Source: Candidatus Eiseniibacteriota bacterium (GTDB lineage Bacteria > Eisenbacteria > RBG-16-71-46 > CAIMUX01 > VGJL01). Taken from it: a DNA stretch of 64,000 nt. Positions 36,718 through 47,000 of the stretch are shown one piece after another. The stretch lies in the NCBI GenBank assembly GCA_034679345.1, contig JAXDAY010000028.1, positions 232,665 to 296,664 of the forward strand, in the 5' to 3' direction. Position numbers and translations under genes: made by a program. The first letter of the stretch is position 1. Each line of letters starts with the position of its first letter. Under the pieces are notes generated by a model. The model was not told the origin of the DNA and ran no database searches. It saw only the letters and a program-made list of their open reading frames with translations.

Positions 36718-38928
36718 GTGACGAAGCTTCCCGAGAAGATCCCTCGGTCCGAGGAGACCGTGATCGAGGGGGTGCTCGCCCGAATCGTATTCGCTTCCGA
36801 TGAGAGCGGCTTCATCGTCGCGCGCCTCGAGATCCCGGGTCGCGCCGAACCGGCGACGATCGTCGGCAATCTCCTGGGGATTCAACCGGGCGAGAGCCTT
36901 CGCCTGCGGGGCCGCTGGGTCCACGACCGTCGCTACGGACGGCAATTCCGCGTCGAGAGCTATGTGACGATCCAACCCTCGACCCTCGAGGGAATCGAGC
37001 GGTACCTGGGCTCCGGTCTGGTCAGAGGGATCGGGAAGGTGATGGCCAAGCGACTCGTGGAAGCCTTCGGGATCGAGACCCTGGAGGTGATCGAATCGGA
37101 CGCGGATCGCCTCACCGAGGTGGAGGGGATCGGAGGCAAGCGAAGCGAGATGATCCGCGCCGCCTGGCGGGAACAGCGCGAGATCAAGGAGGTGATGCTC
37201 TTCCTCCAATCCCACGGCGTCACGACGGGTCTCGCGATCAAGATCTTCAAGCTCTACGGGGAGAGATCGATCGCAGTCGTCCGGGAGAACCCCTACCGGC
37301 TCGCCATCGAGATCTTCGGGATTGGCTTCCGCACGGCGGATCAGATCGCGATGCGAATCGGAATCGCCGCCGATTCCCCTCAGCGCGCCGAGGCCGGCAT
37401 CGTCCACACCCTGCAGGCCGCCACCGAGGAGGGTCACCTCTTCCTCCCGAGGGACCGGCTTCTCACCGCGGCGACCGAGGTGCTCGGAATCGCTCCATCG
37501 ATCGTCGAGGAGGCGGTCTCCGCCCTCGCGGGGCGGGGCCAGGTCATTCTCGACTCGGGCGACGCAGGGAAACCTCCCGCCGTCTACCTCCCCCCTCACC
37601 ACACCGCCGAGACAGGCGTGGCCGAGCGGCTGATCAACATCCGAGAGGCGGCGGTCTCGCCGATCTCGATCGACATCGAGCGGGCGCTCGCGTGGTTTGA
37701 GGAGCGGCAGGGGCTCGAGCTGGCCCCCGAGCAGCGGCAGGCTGTCCGCGCCGCGATCGACGGGAAGCTGGTCGTCATCACCGGCGGACCGGGGACCGGC
37801 AAGACGACTCTCGTCAACGCCATCATCCGAATCCTAGAGCGCAAGTCGCAGAGAATCCTCCTCGCGGCCCCTACGGGCCGCGCCGCCAAGCGGCTGAACG
37901 AGGCGACCGGCCGCGAGGCGAAGACGATCCACCGTCTGCTCGAGTTCAGCCCGAAGCTCATGGGATTCGGGCGGAACGCCGCTCGTCCCCTCGAGGCGGA
38001 TCTTGTGATCGTCGATGAGTTCTCGATGGTCGACAACCTGCTCGCATACAACCTCTTGCGGGCGATCCCCGACTCCGCCCGTCTGGTGGTCGTCGGCGAC
38101 GCCGACCAGCTTCCCTCCGTCGGGCCGGGAAACGTCCTGCGCGACTTGATCCAGTCGGGATCGGTGCCCGTGGTCCGGCTGCGGACGATCTTCCGGCAGG
38201 ACGAGGAGGGTGGGATCGTCGTCAACGCCCATCGCGTGAACGAGGGACGGATGCCCCACCTGGACGAGAGCGGTCCCGAGCAAGAGTTCTACTTCATCGA
38301 TCGCGACGATCCGGAGGAGGCGCTCCGGACGATCCTGAGCCTCGTCTCGGAGCGGATCCCCAAGAGCTTCGGCCTCGATCCGACCGACGACATCCAGGTG
38401 CTCACCCCGATGCACCGGGGAATCCTCGGAGCGTCCAATCTGAACACGGCCCTCCAGGAGATCCTGAACCCGAGCGGCGAGGAGATCACCCGGGGCAGCC
38501 GTAGGTTGCGCGTCGGAGACAAGGTGCTCCAGATCCGCAACAACTACGATCTGGAGGTCTGGAACGGCGACATTGGCCGGGTCATGGGAATCGATCCGGA
38601 CGAGGGGGAGGTTCGGGTCCGGTTCGACGATCGAATCGTCCGGTACGATCCCTCCGAGATCGACGAGCTCATGCTCGCCTACGCATGCTCGATCCACAAG
38701 TCCCAGGGAAGCGAGTACCGGTGCGTCGTGATCCCGATCCACACGCAGCATTACGTCCTGCTGCAGCGCAATCTCCTCTACACGGCGATCACCCGAGGGA
38801 AACAGAAGGTGATTGTGGTCGGCTCCAAGCGCGCCCTGGCGATCGCCGTCCGCAACAATGCGATCCGTTCCCGCTTCACGCGGCTTGCCGAGCGGCTGCG
38901 CCGCGCCGCCCCCACGGTCACTTCATGA
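36718..38928 (+). CDS. recD2: RecD2-like SF1B ATP-dependent DNA helicase
   Basis: N-terminal HhH/SH3 region. Walker A GGPGTGKTT, DEFSMVD, helicase motifs to the C-terminus (HKSQGSEY, TAITRGK). GTG start. Confidence 0.85.
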   Translation: MTKLPEKIPRSEETVIEGVLARIVFASDESGFIVARLEIPGRAEPATIVGNLLGIQPGESLRLRGRWVHDRRYGRQFRVESYVTIQPSTLEGIERYLGSGLVRGIGKVMAKRLVEAFGIETLEVIESDADRLTEVEGIGGKRSEMIRAAWREQREIKEVMLFLQSHGVTTGLAIKIFKLYGERSIAVVRENPYRLAIEIFGIGFRTADQIAMRIGIAADSPQRAEAGIVHTLQAATEEGHLFLPRDRLLTAATEVLGIAPSIVEEAVSALAGRGQVILDSGDAGKPPAVYLPPHHTAETGVAERLINIREAAVSPISIDIERALAWFEERQGLELAPEQRQAVRAAIDGKLVVITGGPGTGKTTLVNAIIRILERKSQRILLAAPTGRAAKRLNEATGREAKTIHRLLEFSPKLMGFGRNAARPLEADLVIVDEFSMVDNLLAYNLLRAIPDSARLVVVGDADQLPSVGPGNVLRDLIQSGSVPVVRLRTIFRQDEEGGIVVNAHRVNEGRMPHLDESGPEQEFYFIDRDDPEEALRTILSLVSERIPKSFGLDPTDDIQVLTPMHRGILGASNLNTALQEILNPSGEEITRGSRRLRVGDKVLQIRNNYDLEVWNGDIGRVMGIDPDEGEVRVRFDDRIVRYDPSEIDELMLAYACSIHKSQGSEYRCVVIPIHTQHYVLLQRNLLYTAITRGKQKVIVVGSKRALAIAVRNNAIRSRFTRLAERLRRAAPTVTS

Positions 38929-39289
38929 GCAGATAGCGCATCGAGGCGAGGAGGAGAATCACCCCGAAGATCTTCTTGAGAACCGACTGGGGAAGTCCGA
39001 GGGCCAGCTTCGCGCCGAACACCGAACCGAGGACGAGCCCGGCAGCGATCAGGACCGCCGCCTTCAGGTTCACGTCTCCCTTCCTGTAGTACTCGATCGC
39101 CGCGAGGATTCCGATCGGCGGCACCAGAACCGCGAGCGAGGTTCCTTGCGCAGTGTGCTGGGTGAATCCGAACAGGAAGACGAGAGCGGGCACGATGATG
39201 ATTCCGCCGCCGACGCCGGCCAGGCCCGCGAGGACGCCCGCGGCCAGACCGAGCAGGAGCATACCGACCGGTTGCATTGGCATCGCCAC
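38918..39289 (-). CDS. TSUP (TauE/SafE, DUF81) family membrane protein, half-size
   Basis: Four TM helices with a Gly-rich GLAAGVLAGLAGVGGGIIIVP motif. Confidence 0.65.
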   Translation of the reverse strand: MAMPMQPVGMLLLGLAAGVLAGLAGVGGGIIIVPALVFLFGFTQHTAQGTSLAVLVPPIGILAAIEYYRKGDVNLKAAVLIAAGLVLGSVFGAKLALGLPQSVLKKIFGVILLLASMRYLLMK

Positions 39290-39443
39290 CTCCTCCGCTC
39301 AGCCAAAAATAGAGCCCTCCGACCCGCTCGCGCCAGGAAATCCCCTCGGCGGATGGCGCCCTTTCCTTCCATCCCCATCCAGGATCGGTTACGATCAGAT
39401 CGGGAGTCATTGTCATCGGCACACGATTCCGGGCCTCCCCGCC

Positions 39444-40100
39444 ATGGAGGATCGAATGGAGACGGTCAGCTCCCAGCTCGTTCAATCATCCGAGGACCTG
39501 ATCCGAAGGATGATCTCCCACCCGTTCCTCCGCGAGACTGCTGATGGAACCGTCTCCGATGAGACGTTCCAGCGATGGCTCGTCCAGGACTACCTCTGGG
39601 TCCTCGAGTACCAGAGGGCGCTCGGCGCCGTCTGCTCGCGCGCACCGAGCGAGCTGCACCGCCACTTCCACGAGGCGATGCTGAATCTCCATGGGGAGAT
39701 CGAAGTCTTTGAGGAGATCGCCGCGCGAGAGAGCGTGAGGCTCGGCGACGGAGAGATGATCCTTGCCGGCCACGCCTACTCAAACTACCTGAAGGCGACG
39801 GCCGCGTTCAGGACCTTCGGCGAGGGACTCTCGGTGGTCTATGCGGGCAATCTGAGCTACCTGCGCGCTTGGTCTTCGGTGAAGGAGCAGCAGAGGGGCC
39901 CGAGCCGGTGGCAGGAGTTCATCGACTCCTATTCGGGCGAGGGGTACCGGCATTGGGTCAAGACGCTGTCGGACCTCGTCGACCGTGTCTCCGAGTTTGC
40001 GCCGGCTGCCCTGACGGACCGGATGAAGGTGGCATTCCGGACCACGGTCCGCTACGAGATCTACTTCTGGGACGCCATCTACCGGAACCAGGACTGGTAG
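39444..40100 (+). CDS. TenA/thiaminase-II / PqqC-like haem-oxygenase-fold protein
   Basis: HPFLRETADGTVSDETFQRWLVQDYLWV...RYEIYFWDAIY is the typical TenA_C pattern. Start at MEDRMETV. Confidence 0.65.
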   Translation: MEDRMETVSSQLVQSSEDLIRRMISHPFLRETADGTVSDETFQRWLVQDYLWVLEYQRALGAVCSRAPSELHRHFHEAMLNLHGEIEVFEEIAARESVRLGDGEMILAGHAYSNYLKATAAFRTFGEGLSVVYAGNLSYLRAWSSVKEQQRGPSRWQEFIDSYSGEGYRHWVKTLSDLVDRVSEFAPAALTDRMKVAFRTTVRYEIYFWDAIYRNQDW

Positions 40101-40205
40101 CGCCTCCCATCCCCCAACGACGCCAGGGTCAACTTCCCCAGCCGGCCGGCCGAAAACCCTGAGTGGGTTGGTCCGTGCCGGTATGGCCGTCCGACTCGGG
40201 GGGAT

Positions 40206-41873
40206 ATGCGAGATCCGGCGTGCACAGTGGTCCATTCGCCCGAGACCCGGCGATGGGGCGTCGCGGCGAGCGAGTCGAGGCCGTCCCGCTTCGGCTGGAG
40301 GGGAACGCTTCTTCTTTCCGCCGTGCTCGGCGCCATCGCGGCGGGAGTCGCCGCGCTCGCCGGCGATCCGCGCCTTGCCATCACACCCGATTCCGTCGCC
40401 TACTTGAATGCCGCGGAAAACCTGCGCCGCGGGCTGGGATTCGTTCTCACGATCACCCCGCTCTCCAGCCCGTCATCGATGATCCCGTTCGCGACCTGGC
40501 CGCCGTTCTATCCCCTGCTCCTCTCTGCGGCAGGCGGGATCGCCGGCGATCCGGTCACGGCCGCGCGCTGGGTGCAGATCCTCTCGGTCGGACTTCTCGC
40601 GCTACCGATCGGCTGGCTGACCTATCGAATTGCCGGGCCGAGGTTCGTCCTGCCCGTCCTGGTCTTCTGCGCAATTCTCCGGCCGCTCCTGATGACCTCG
40701 TCCTTCGTCTGGAGCGAATCGACATTTACGCTCCTCGCTTACGCGTCGATTGTCCTGCTCGTCGAGGGGATGCGCGACGATCGCTTCCCGGGCCGGGCCC
40801 GCCATGCCTTCCTCATGGGCGCAGGGGTCTTTGCCGCCCTCGCGATGCTCACCCGCTACATCGGGGGGGTCGTCATCGCGACCGGAGTCGCGGTCATCGT
40901 CATGCACGCGGAGGAAGAAGTCTCGGGCCGGCGTACCCTCCGTCGTCTCGCCTCCTTCACGATCCCGGCAATCCTTCCCAATGCGCTCTGGATCGTCCGA
41001 AACCGGGCGGCAACCGGTTATCTCTTCGGAGAGGACCGCGGCACGGCCGTGCTCGAGCCGGAATCGGTCGTGCTCGCGACCCTTCGAACCTTCTGGACCG
41101 ACGTCGTCGTCCCGCCGACGGCAGCCGTCGATCCCGCTCGAACGATCCTGACCGTCCTGGGTCTCGCCTGTTTCGGGATCCTGGTGGCCGCGGTCCTCCG
41201 CAGGTTCGGCCCCGAGATGTTCGAATCCGCGATGGGACGGAAGGCGGCTGTCTGCGCGGTCGGCGCGTTCGTCGTTCTCTATCCGCTCGCCGTCGTCGCC
41301 CTCTCCCTGCGGATTCCGTACGATCCGGTCAATACGCGGATCCTCTCGCCCGTCTATCCGGGGCTGCTCGCGGTCGGCGCGTTTCTGCTCCGCCCGACCC
41401 TTCAGGAGAACGCGGCCCGCCGTCGGTTCGGTTTTCGCGGAGCCGTCATCGCGGCGGGCGCCGTCCTGTTCTTGATCCAAACGGCTGCAACGGTGCGCTA
41501 TGTCCGCGGCCCTCTGGAGGATCGAAGCCTGACCCATCCCTACTGGAGAAGCGTCCTGTTCGGCGAGTCGGGATGGGCGCAGGATCCCGCGATCGCGGGA
41601 CTCGCCGAGTTCGCGCCTCCCGGAACGCTCGTTCTCTCGAACATCGCCGATGCGGTGGCGATCTGGACCGACTATCCCACGAAGTCGCTGCCCCCACGGG
41701 GCGGACGCGCCTATGCGAGCGAGATCGCTCGTCATCGCGGCGCGCTGGTCATGGTCCATCCCGAGCATCGCAGGGTCGTGATCGGATACGAGGAGATGGA
41801 GGCGATGGCGGAGTCGGGCGCGTGTGCCCGCCTGGGCCGGCGCGGAGATGGGATCTTCTACCGTGTGCGCTAG
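40206..41873 (+). CDS. GT-C fold membrane glycosyltransferase (ArnT/PMT-like, family 39/83-like)
   Basis: Multi-TM protein with an N-terminal periplasmic-loop motif ITPDSVAYLNAAENLRRGLGF, as in GT39/83. Confidence 0.5.
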   Translation: MRDPACTVVHSPETRRWGVAASESRPSRFGWRGTLLLSAVLGAIAAGVAALAGDPRLAITPDSVAYLNAAENLRRGLGFVLTITPLSSPSSMIPFATWPPFYPLLLSAAGGIAGDPVTAARWVQILSVGLLALPIGWLTYRIAGPRFVLPVLVFCAILRPLLMTSSFVWSESTFTLLAYASIVLLVEGMRDDRFPGRARHAFLMGAGVFAALAMLTRYIGGVVIATGVAVIVMHAEEEVSGRRTLRRLASFTIPAILPNALWIVRNRAATGYLFGEDRGTAVLEPESVVLATLRTFWTDVVVPPTAAVDPARTILTVLGLACFGILVAAVLRRFGPEMFESAMGRKAAVCAVGAFVVLYPLAVVALSLRIPYDPVNTRILSPVYPGLLAVGAFLLRPTLQENAARRRFGFRGAVIAAGAVLFLIQTAATVRYVRGPLEDRSLTHPYWRSVLFGESGWAQDPAIAGLAEFAPPGTLVLSNIADAVAIWTDYPTKSLPPRGGRAYASEIARHRGALVMVHPEHRRVVIGYEEMEAMAESGACARLGRRGDGIFYRVR

Positions 41874-43458
41874 GATCGGCGCGCTCTTGCCCGTGATCCT
41901 GGCGGCGCTCGTCGCCGCCGCCTCCGCGGGAGCGTGGGATGAGATCGCCGCGGGACGCGCCGCCATCGATCGAAGCGATCCGGATGCGGCGATCGCCGCC
42001 TTCCATCGAGCGATCGATATCGATCCATCGATCCGAGACACCATCGCCGTGGCCCTGGCTTCGCAGCTCACGTGGGTTGGGCGATACGACGAGGCGATCG
42101 CGGAGTTTCGCTCCTACCTGGATCGCCACCCCGGAGCGACCGGCGCGATGAAGACGCTGGCGCTTGCCCAGTCGTGGAGCGGGCGCAATGCGGAGGCCCT
42201 CGCCACCTACCGCGCGATCCTGGCTCGCGCGCCCGAGGATCGCGACGCCGCCTTCGGCGAAGCGCGCATCCTCTCCTGGACCGGCCGGCTCGACGATTCC
42301 CTCGATCGCTATGAGGCGATCTTGCGCCGCGACCCCATGTTCGTCGATGCCGCGCTCGGACGCGCGCAGGTCGTCAACTGGCGTGGGGATCATCGACGCG
42401 CCGCGGGCCACTACGGCGCGATCCTGGAGGCGGATCGCGCGAATCTGGCCGCCCTGGAGGGGCGCGCCGCCGCCTGGAACTGGGCCGGACTCCAGAACCG
42501 GGCGATCCACGATCTCGAGGCGAGCCGCGCCGCGGGGGGCCCGACGAAGGACGCGCTCGACCTCGAGCGCACGATCCGCGCCGCGTGGGCGCCCGCCGGC
42601 AGAGCCACGGTCGACCTTTCACGCGATTCCGATTCCTTCCGTCTCCTGTCGTACCGGCTGGATGGGGACCTCGGCTTCCAGTACCGCGCCCGCATCCGCC
42701 CTGCGCTTGTGCGAAACGAGTACCGAAAGCCGCGCCGGCCGGACGCCGAGGATCTCTGGCTTGGCGCGGGAGGGGATTGGCGCTTCTCGGAGGACGGCCT
42801 CCTCTATGGCTCGATCCTCGGCCTCGTCCATCCTCCCGACGGGATCGCGTCCCGCGCGACCGGCGATCTGCACGCCGCCTGGTTGCGCGACGACCGCGTC
42901 CGCGTCGATCTGGGATATGCCCGAGCCTCGTATTTCACCTATGAACGGACCCGGGATCTCTCTCCGCGCTTCGTCGATGCCGACATCTACGACTTCGGCG
43001 TCCGCATTCGTCCCGAGTGGCGCACGACGGTCGATCTCGCGGTCGATCGAGGCTTCTACAGCGACGACAATCGACGGCTGAATCTTCGCGCGCGTGTCCG
43101 CCGCGCGATCCTCTCCCGGCCGCGTCTCTCACTCGAGTTGGGGGGGCAGTGGCTCGACTATGATGAAGACCTCGCCGGAGGACTTTGGACGCCGCAGGAG
43201 TTTCGCGGCGCGCATCTCGCTCCCGAGTGCGAGTGGAGCCCGATCGATCGCCTCACGCTCTTCGCGAGAGTCGACGCGGGCGCGGCGAAGGACAAGACGA
43301 GCGATCTGAGCTCGTTTCTCACCTACGCGGGAGGAGCCCGTTACGAAGCCGGCGGTCTGCTCGTGGAGCTGCGAGGCGGGCACGCCGATTCGAATCTCGA
43401 GATCGGTCGCGGGTACCGGCGCGATTTCGGAACATTGACTCTGCGCCTCGCTCCTTAA
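41848..43458 (+). CDS. TPR-repeat protein with C-terminal predicted outer-membrane beta-barrel (PgaA/BcsC-like architecture)
   Basis: Signal peptide. About 6 TPR repeats (AAIAAFHRAIDIDP..., ALATYRAILARAPED...). The C-terminal ~280 aa show an alternating amphipathic beta pattern ending in an aromatic-rich terminus. Start overlaps the GT-C gene, with ATG 41848 or GTG 41862 both possible. Confidence 0.5.
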   Translation: MGSSTVCARIGALLPVILAALVAAASAGAWDEIAAGRAAIDRSDPDAAIAAFHRAIDIDPSIRDTIAVALASQLTWVGRYDEAIAEFRSYLDRHPGATGAMKTLALAQSWSGRNAEALATYRAILARAPEDRDAAFGEARILSWTGRLDDSLDRYEAILRRDPMFVDAALGRAQVVNWRGDHRRAAGHYGAILEADRANLAALEGRAAAWNWAGLQNRAIHDLEASRAAGGPTKDALDLERTIRAAWAPAGRATVDLSRDSDSFRLLSYRLDGDLGFQYRARIRPALVRNEYRKPRRPDAEDLWLGAGGDWRFSEDGLLYGSILGLVHPPDGIASRATGDLHAAWLRDDRVRVDLGYARASYFTYERTRDLSPRFVDADIYDFGVRIRPEWRTTVDLAVDRGFYSDDNRRLNLRARVRRAILSRPRLSLELGGQWLDYDEDLAGGLWTPQEFRGAHLAPECEWSPIDRLTLFARVDAGAAKDKTSDLSSFLTYAGGARYEAGGLLVELRGGHADSNLEIGRGYRRDFGTLTLRLAP

Positions 43459-43638
43459 TAAACAAGCAGGGGGCCCACCGCATCCTCCACGCCGTCGAAA
43501 CGTACGCAGAAGAATAGGCGGGGCCCCCGCACTCTCGCATGAGATTCTATCAGAGCGCCAATTCCTGGCAAGTCCCTTCCACACGATATCCGCGAAGGCT
43601 AGTCTTCCCGAGTGGGCGCGGGTCGCCCGGGAGGATCG

Positions 43639-44220
43639 ATGGAGGAACGAGGGCCCGACCGCGACGGAGCTTGGGAGCTGCTCTGCTCCTACACGAAGAC
43701 CGATTCGCTGCGGAAGCATGCCCTGGCCGTCGAGGCCGCGATGCGCGCCTACGCCGAGCGCTTTGGAGAGGACGCCGATGCGTGGGGGATCGTCGGCCTT
43801 CTGCACGACTTCGACTACGAGCGCTGGCCCGATGCGGAGAATCACCCCTATCGCGGGGAGGAAATCCTCAGGGAGCATGGATTCCCGGATGCATGGCGCC
43901 GCGCGATCCTCGGCCACGCCTCCTACACGGGCGTGCCGAGGGATAGCCTCATGGCGCGCGCCCTCTTCGCCGTCGACGAGTTGTGCGGGTTCATCTCCGC
44001 CGTCACGCTGGTCCGCCCATCAAGGAGCCTGATCGATGTCGACGTGCGATCGGTAAGAAAAAAGATGAAGGAAAGGGGATTCGCCCGGTCAGTGAACCGG
44101 GAGGAGATCGTCCAGGGGGCGGAGGAGCTGGGAGTCGATCTCGACGCGCACATCGACTTCGTCCTCGCATCGCTCCGCGCGATCGCCGGTTCCATCGGGC
44201 TCGCCGGGTCAGCGAGCTGA
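43639..44220 (+). CDS. HD-domain phosphohydrolase (HDIG-like)
   Basis: H...HD motif (LRKHALAVEAAMRAYA...GLLHDFDYERW) and a later conserved His. Confidence 0.6.
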   Translation: MEERGPDRDGAWELLCSYTKTDSLRKHALAVEAAMRAYAERFGEDADAWGIVGLLHDFDYERWPDAENHPYRGEEILREHGFPDAWRRAILGHASYTGVPRDSLMARALFAVDELCGFISAVTLVRPSRSLIDVDVRSVRKKMKERGFARSVNREEIVQGAEELGVDLDAHIDFVLASLRAIAGSIGLAGSAS

Positions 44221-44245
44221 GATCCGCCCCGGAGAGCCGACTCCC

Positions 44246-46183
44246 CTAGCGTTCCTCCCGTTTCAGATGGCGATCGAAGAATTCGACCATTCTTCTGTAA
44301 AGGAGAAGTCGATTCGGCCGCTTCGCCACGCCGTGGCCCTCATCCGGGAAGATCAGGCTGTCGACGGGTACCGACCTCGACTGAAGCGCCCGCAGGATCT
44401 GCCGCGCCTCGCCCACGGGAACCCGGGGGTCGTTTTCCCCATGCACGACGAGCAGGGCGCCGCGGATTCGGTCGACCTTGTGGATCGGCGAGATCGACCT
44501 CAGGAACTCCCGGTCCTCGAGCGGCCCGTACTCCGTCTCTCGCAGCTCCCTGCGATAGACCGCCGTCTCCGAGAGAAAAGTCTCGAAGTTGGCGATTCCG
44601 ACCTCGTCGATGCCCGCCGCGAGGAGATCCGGATACTCCGTCAGGACCGCGAGCGTCATGTACCCGCCGTATGAGGCGCCCTTCACGCCGATCCGGTCCG
44701 GGCTGGAGTAGCCCTCCCCGATCAGGTATTTCGCGCTCCATGCGAGATCCCGCACGGAATCGAGGCGCTTCCTGTAATCGTCCGCCTCGAGGTAGGCCCG
44801 GCCGTACCCTCGGCTGCCGCGCACGTTCGGCGCGAGGATCCCGTAGCCATGGATGAGCAGATACTGGAAATGCCGGTTGAAGTAGGGGCGGAACTGGCCT
44901 TCTGGGCCGCCATGGACATCGATCACGAACGGAATCGGTCCGCTCTTCGACCCGGGCGGCAAGTAGAGGAAGGCGGGGATCTTCGTGCCATCGAAACTCT
45001 CGTAACGGATGAGGCGGGGCGGAGTGAACCACGCCGGATCGACGCCGGCATAGGAGGAGAACGTCCTCTGGGTCAACCGATCGTCGCCTCGCGTTCGCCC
45101 CCAGCCGGCCACTCGGTCGAACTCCCAGGTCCAGATGTCGGCGGTCTGGGTCGGGCTGTTGTAGACGAAGGCGACCTGCCCGCGATCCGAGAGGGACGGG
45201 CTTGTGACGATCCCATCCAGCTCCGGCACGGGCAGGGGCTTCCCCGCCTCGGCGTCCCAGAGATGGAGTCTTCCCCAGCCGTCCTCGTTGACGCACCACG
45301 CGAGGACGCGGCGATCTGCCGAGATCGCAAACGCCTCGACCGCCCAAGGGGAAGTCTCATCCGGAAACAGGGGGCGAAGCCGCGGGGAAGCGCCGTCGAT
45401 GACCGAGATGCGCGCGACTCCCTCCGGGTTGTCGTCGGCAACCACGAAGACGCGGTTCGGGTCGCTCGAGAAGGCGCCCGCGGTGAAACGCGCCTCCCAG
45501 CCGGGTGGAGTGAGGCTCTGGATCTGCGAGGTGCGAAGATCCATCCGGTAAAGCTCGTTCCTTGTGTTCGAAATCGTGTGGTAGAGGAGAAGGAACCTCC
45601 CGTCGTCGGAAACATCCCCGGGGCTGTTGATGCGATCGTTTTGGTAGATGCGCCGGCGCTCGCCCGTCCGCAGGCGCTGGGAGTAGACGTGGAACTCCGC
45701 CGGGTCGTCCAGATTCGCCGAGTAATAGATCGTCTCGCCATCGGGGGCGAAGACCGGAGGGCTGAAGCGTCTTTCCGGCTCCTCGGTGAGCGCCCGCTGG
45801 AAGCCCGTGATCGCGTCGATCAGGAAGATCTGATAGCGCTCGGTGCCGTCCGGGGCCGCGGTAACCGCGATGGAGCGCTCATCGGGCGAGAGCGTGAAGT
45901 CGGACAGACCGCTGGGAAAGAAGGTGAGCTGGTAAGGCCATCCCTCCGGGGTGAGGCGGAAGAGCTGCCTCGTTCCGGTCATCGCGGTGGTGAAGTAGAG
46001 CCGTTCCCCATCCCGCGTGATCCAGGGCGAGCTCGCCGCCCCGATCTGCATGAAGGTCTCGATGTCGGGGACGCGACCCGGCGGGGGCAGCTCCGCGGAG
46101 CGCGTCTCCACGGCGATGGCTCCCCCCGAACCGGCCGACAATGTCCAGACCGCGGCGAACAGCAAACCTCGCAAGGCGCTCAT
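44246..46183 (-). CDS. S9 family serine peptidase (prolyl oligopeptidase/acylaminoacyl peptidase-like) with N-terminal beta-propeller
   Basis: Signal peptide MSALRGLLFAAVWTLSAG. TolB-like propeller. C-terminal alpha/beta hydrolase with GxSxGG (GASYGGYM) and conserved Asp/His. Confidence 0.8.
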   Translation of the reverse strand: MSALRGLLFAAVWTLSAGSGGAIAVETRSAELPPPGRVPDIETFMQIGAASSPWITRDGERLYFTTAMTGTRQLFRLTPEGWPYQLTFFPSGLSDFTLSPDERSIAVTAAPDGTERYQIFLIDAITGFQRALTEEPERRFSPPVFAPDGETIYYSANLDDPAEFHVYSQRLRTGERRRIYQNDRINSPGDVSDDGRFLLLYHTISNTRNELYRMDLRTSQIQSLTPPGWEARFTAGAFSSDPNRVFVVADDNPEGVARISVIDGASPRLRPLFPDETSPWAVEAFAISADRRVLAWCVNEDGWGRLHLWDAEAGKPLPVPELDGIVTSPSLSDRGQVAFVYNSPTQTADIWTWEFDRVAGWGRTRGDDRLTQRTFSSYAGVDPAWFTPPRLIRYESFDGTKIPAFLYLPPGSKSGPIPFVIDVHGGPEGQFRPYFNRHFQYLLIHGYGILAPNVRGSRGYGRAYLEADDYRKRLDSVRDLAWSAKYLIGEGYSSPDRIGVKGASYGGYMTLAVLTEYPDLLAAGIDEVGIANFETFLSETAVYRRELRETEYGPLEDREFLRSISPIHKVDRIRGALLVVHGENDPRVPVGEARQILRALQSRSVPVDSLIFPDEGHGVAKRPNRLLLYRRMVEFFDRHLKREER

Positions 46184-46194
46184 GCGGACCTCCC

Positions 46195-46920
46195 CTACTC
46201 CTGTCCGAGGATCCCTCCCAGCAGATTCCGTCCGCGTCCGCCGCCGCCCGCGCCCGATTGCGGAAGGCGCGGCGCGAGCCAGTTGAGGAACGACTGGCTG
46301 CTGCGCGTCTGCAGGTAGAGCGTCCCGCTGCCGCGGAACTCGCAGACGAGCCCCTCGCCCGAGAGGATCGTGGATTTCCACCCTCCGACACGGCGGACAT
46401 GGAACTCGAGGCCCGCGGTGAATCCCACGACGTGGCCCGTGTCCACCACATAGGACTTTCCGGCGATCGGGACGGCATGGATCGCCCCGTAGCTCGCGAA
46501 GATCAAGGTCCCCTGGCCGGTCGCCTTCAGCAGGAAGAGCCCCTCGCTTCCGAAGAAGGACTTGGCTCCGCCCCAGGAGGCGTCGACCTCGACTCCCGCC
46601 GCCGATGCGATATAGGAGCCCGACTGGATGTAGAAAGCCTCCCCCTTGAGATCCAGGGTGGAGAGATCGCCGGGCAGGGCGGGGGCGAGGGTGATCTCGC
46701 CCGGCCGCCCCCTGGCGGCGAAGGTGTTGAAGAAGAGCGACTCGCCGCCGAGCACGGAACGTTTGAGGGCTCCGAAGAGGCCGCCTTTCATCCCGGTCTG
46801 GATCTCGATGTTGTCGCTCATGCTGACCATGGCGCCACCCTCGGCGAGGACGGACTCCTCCGCCTCCAGCTCGACCACGGCAAGCGCGTACGACGGTTGA
46901 TAGAGAATGTCGACTTTCAT
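46195..46920 (-). CDS. AIM24 / TIGR00266 (DUF124) family protein
   Basis: MKVDILYQPSYALAVVELEAEESV... has typical AIM24-family spacing. Confidence 0.6.
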   Translation of the reverse strand: MKVDILYQPSYALAVVELEAEESVLAEGGAMVSMSDNIEIQTGMKGGLFGALKRSVLGGESLFFNTFAARGRPGEITLAPALPGDLSTLDLKGEAFYIQSGSYIASAAGVEVDASWGGAKSFFGSEGLFLLKATGQGTLIFASYGAIHAVPIAGKSYVVDTGHVVGFTAGLEFHVRRVGGWKSTILSGEGLVCEFRGSGTLYLQTRSSQSFLNWLAPRLPQSGAGGGGRGRNLLGGILGQE

Positions 46921-47000
46921 GGGGCTTCCTCCTCGTCGCGGGAGGGTAACACGGAACGGGACCTTGACAATCGAGATCCCATGCCATACAATCGTATGGT

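Noticed and set aside
43458-43640. Possible terminator hairpin (GGGGGCCC ... GGGCCCCC) after the TPR/beta-barrel gene
   Set aside because: The stem is only ~8 bp with a ~50-nt loop and no T-run. It is not convincing as an intrinsic terminator and is probably just GC-rich intergenic sequence.
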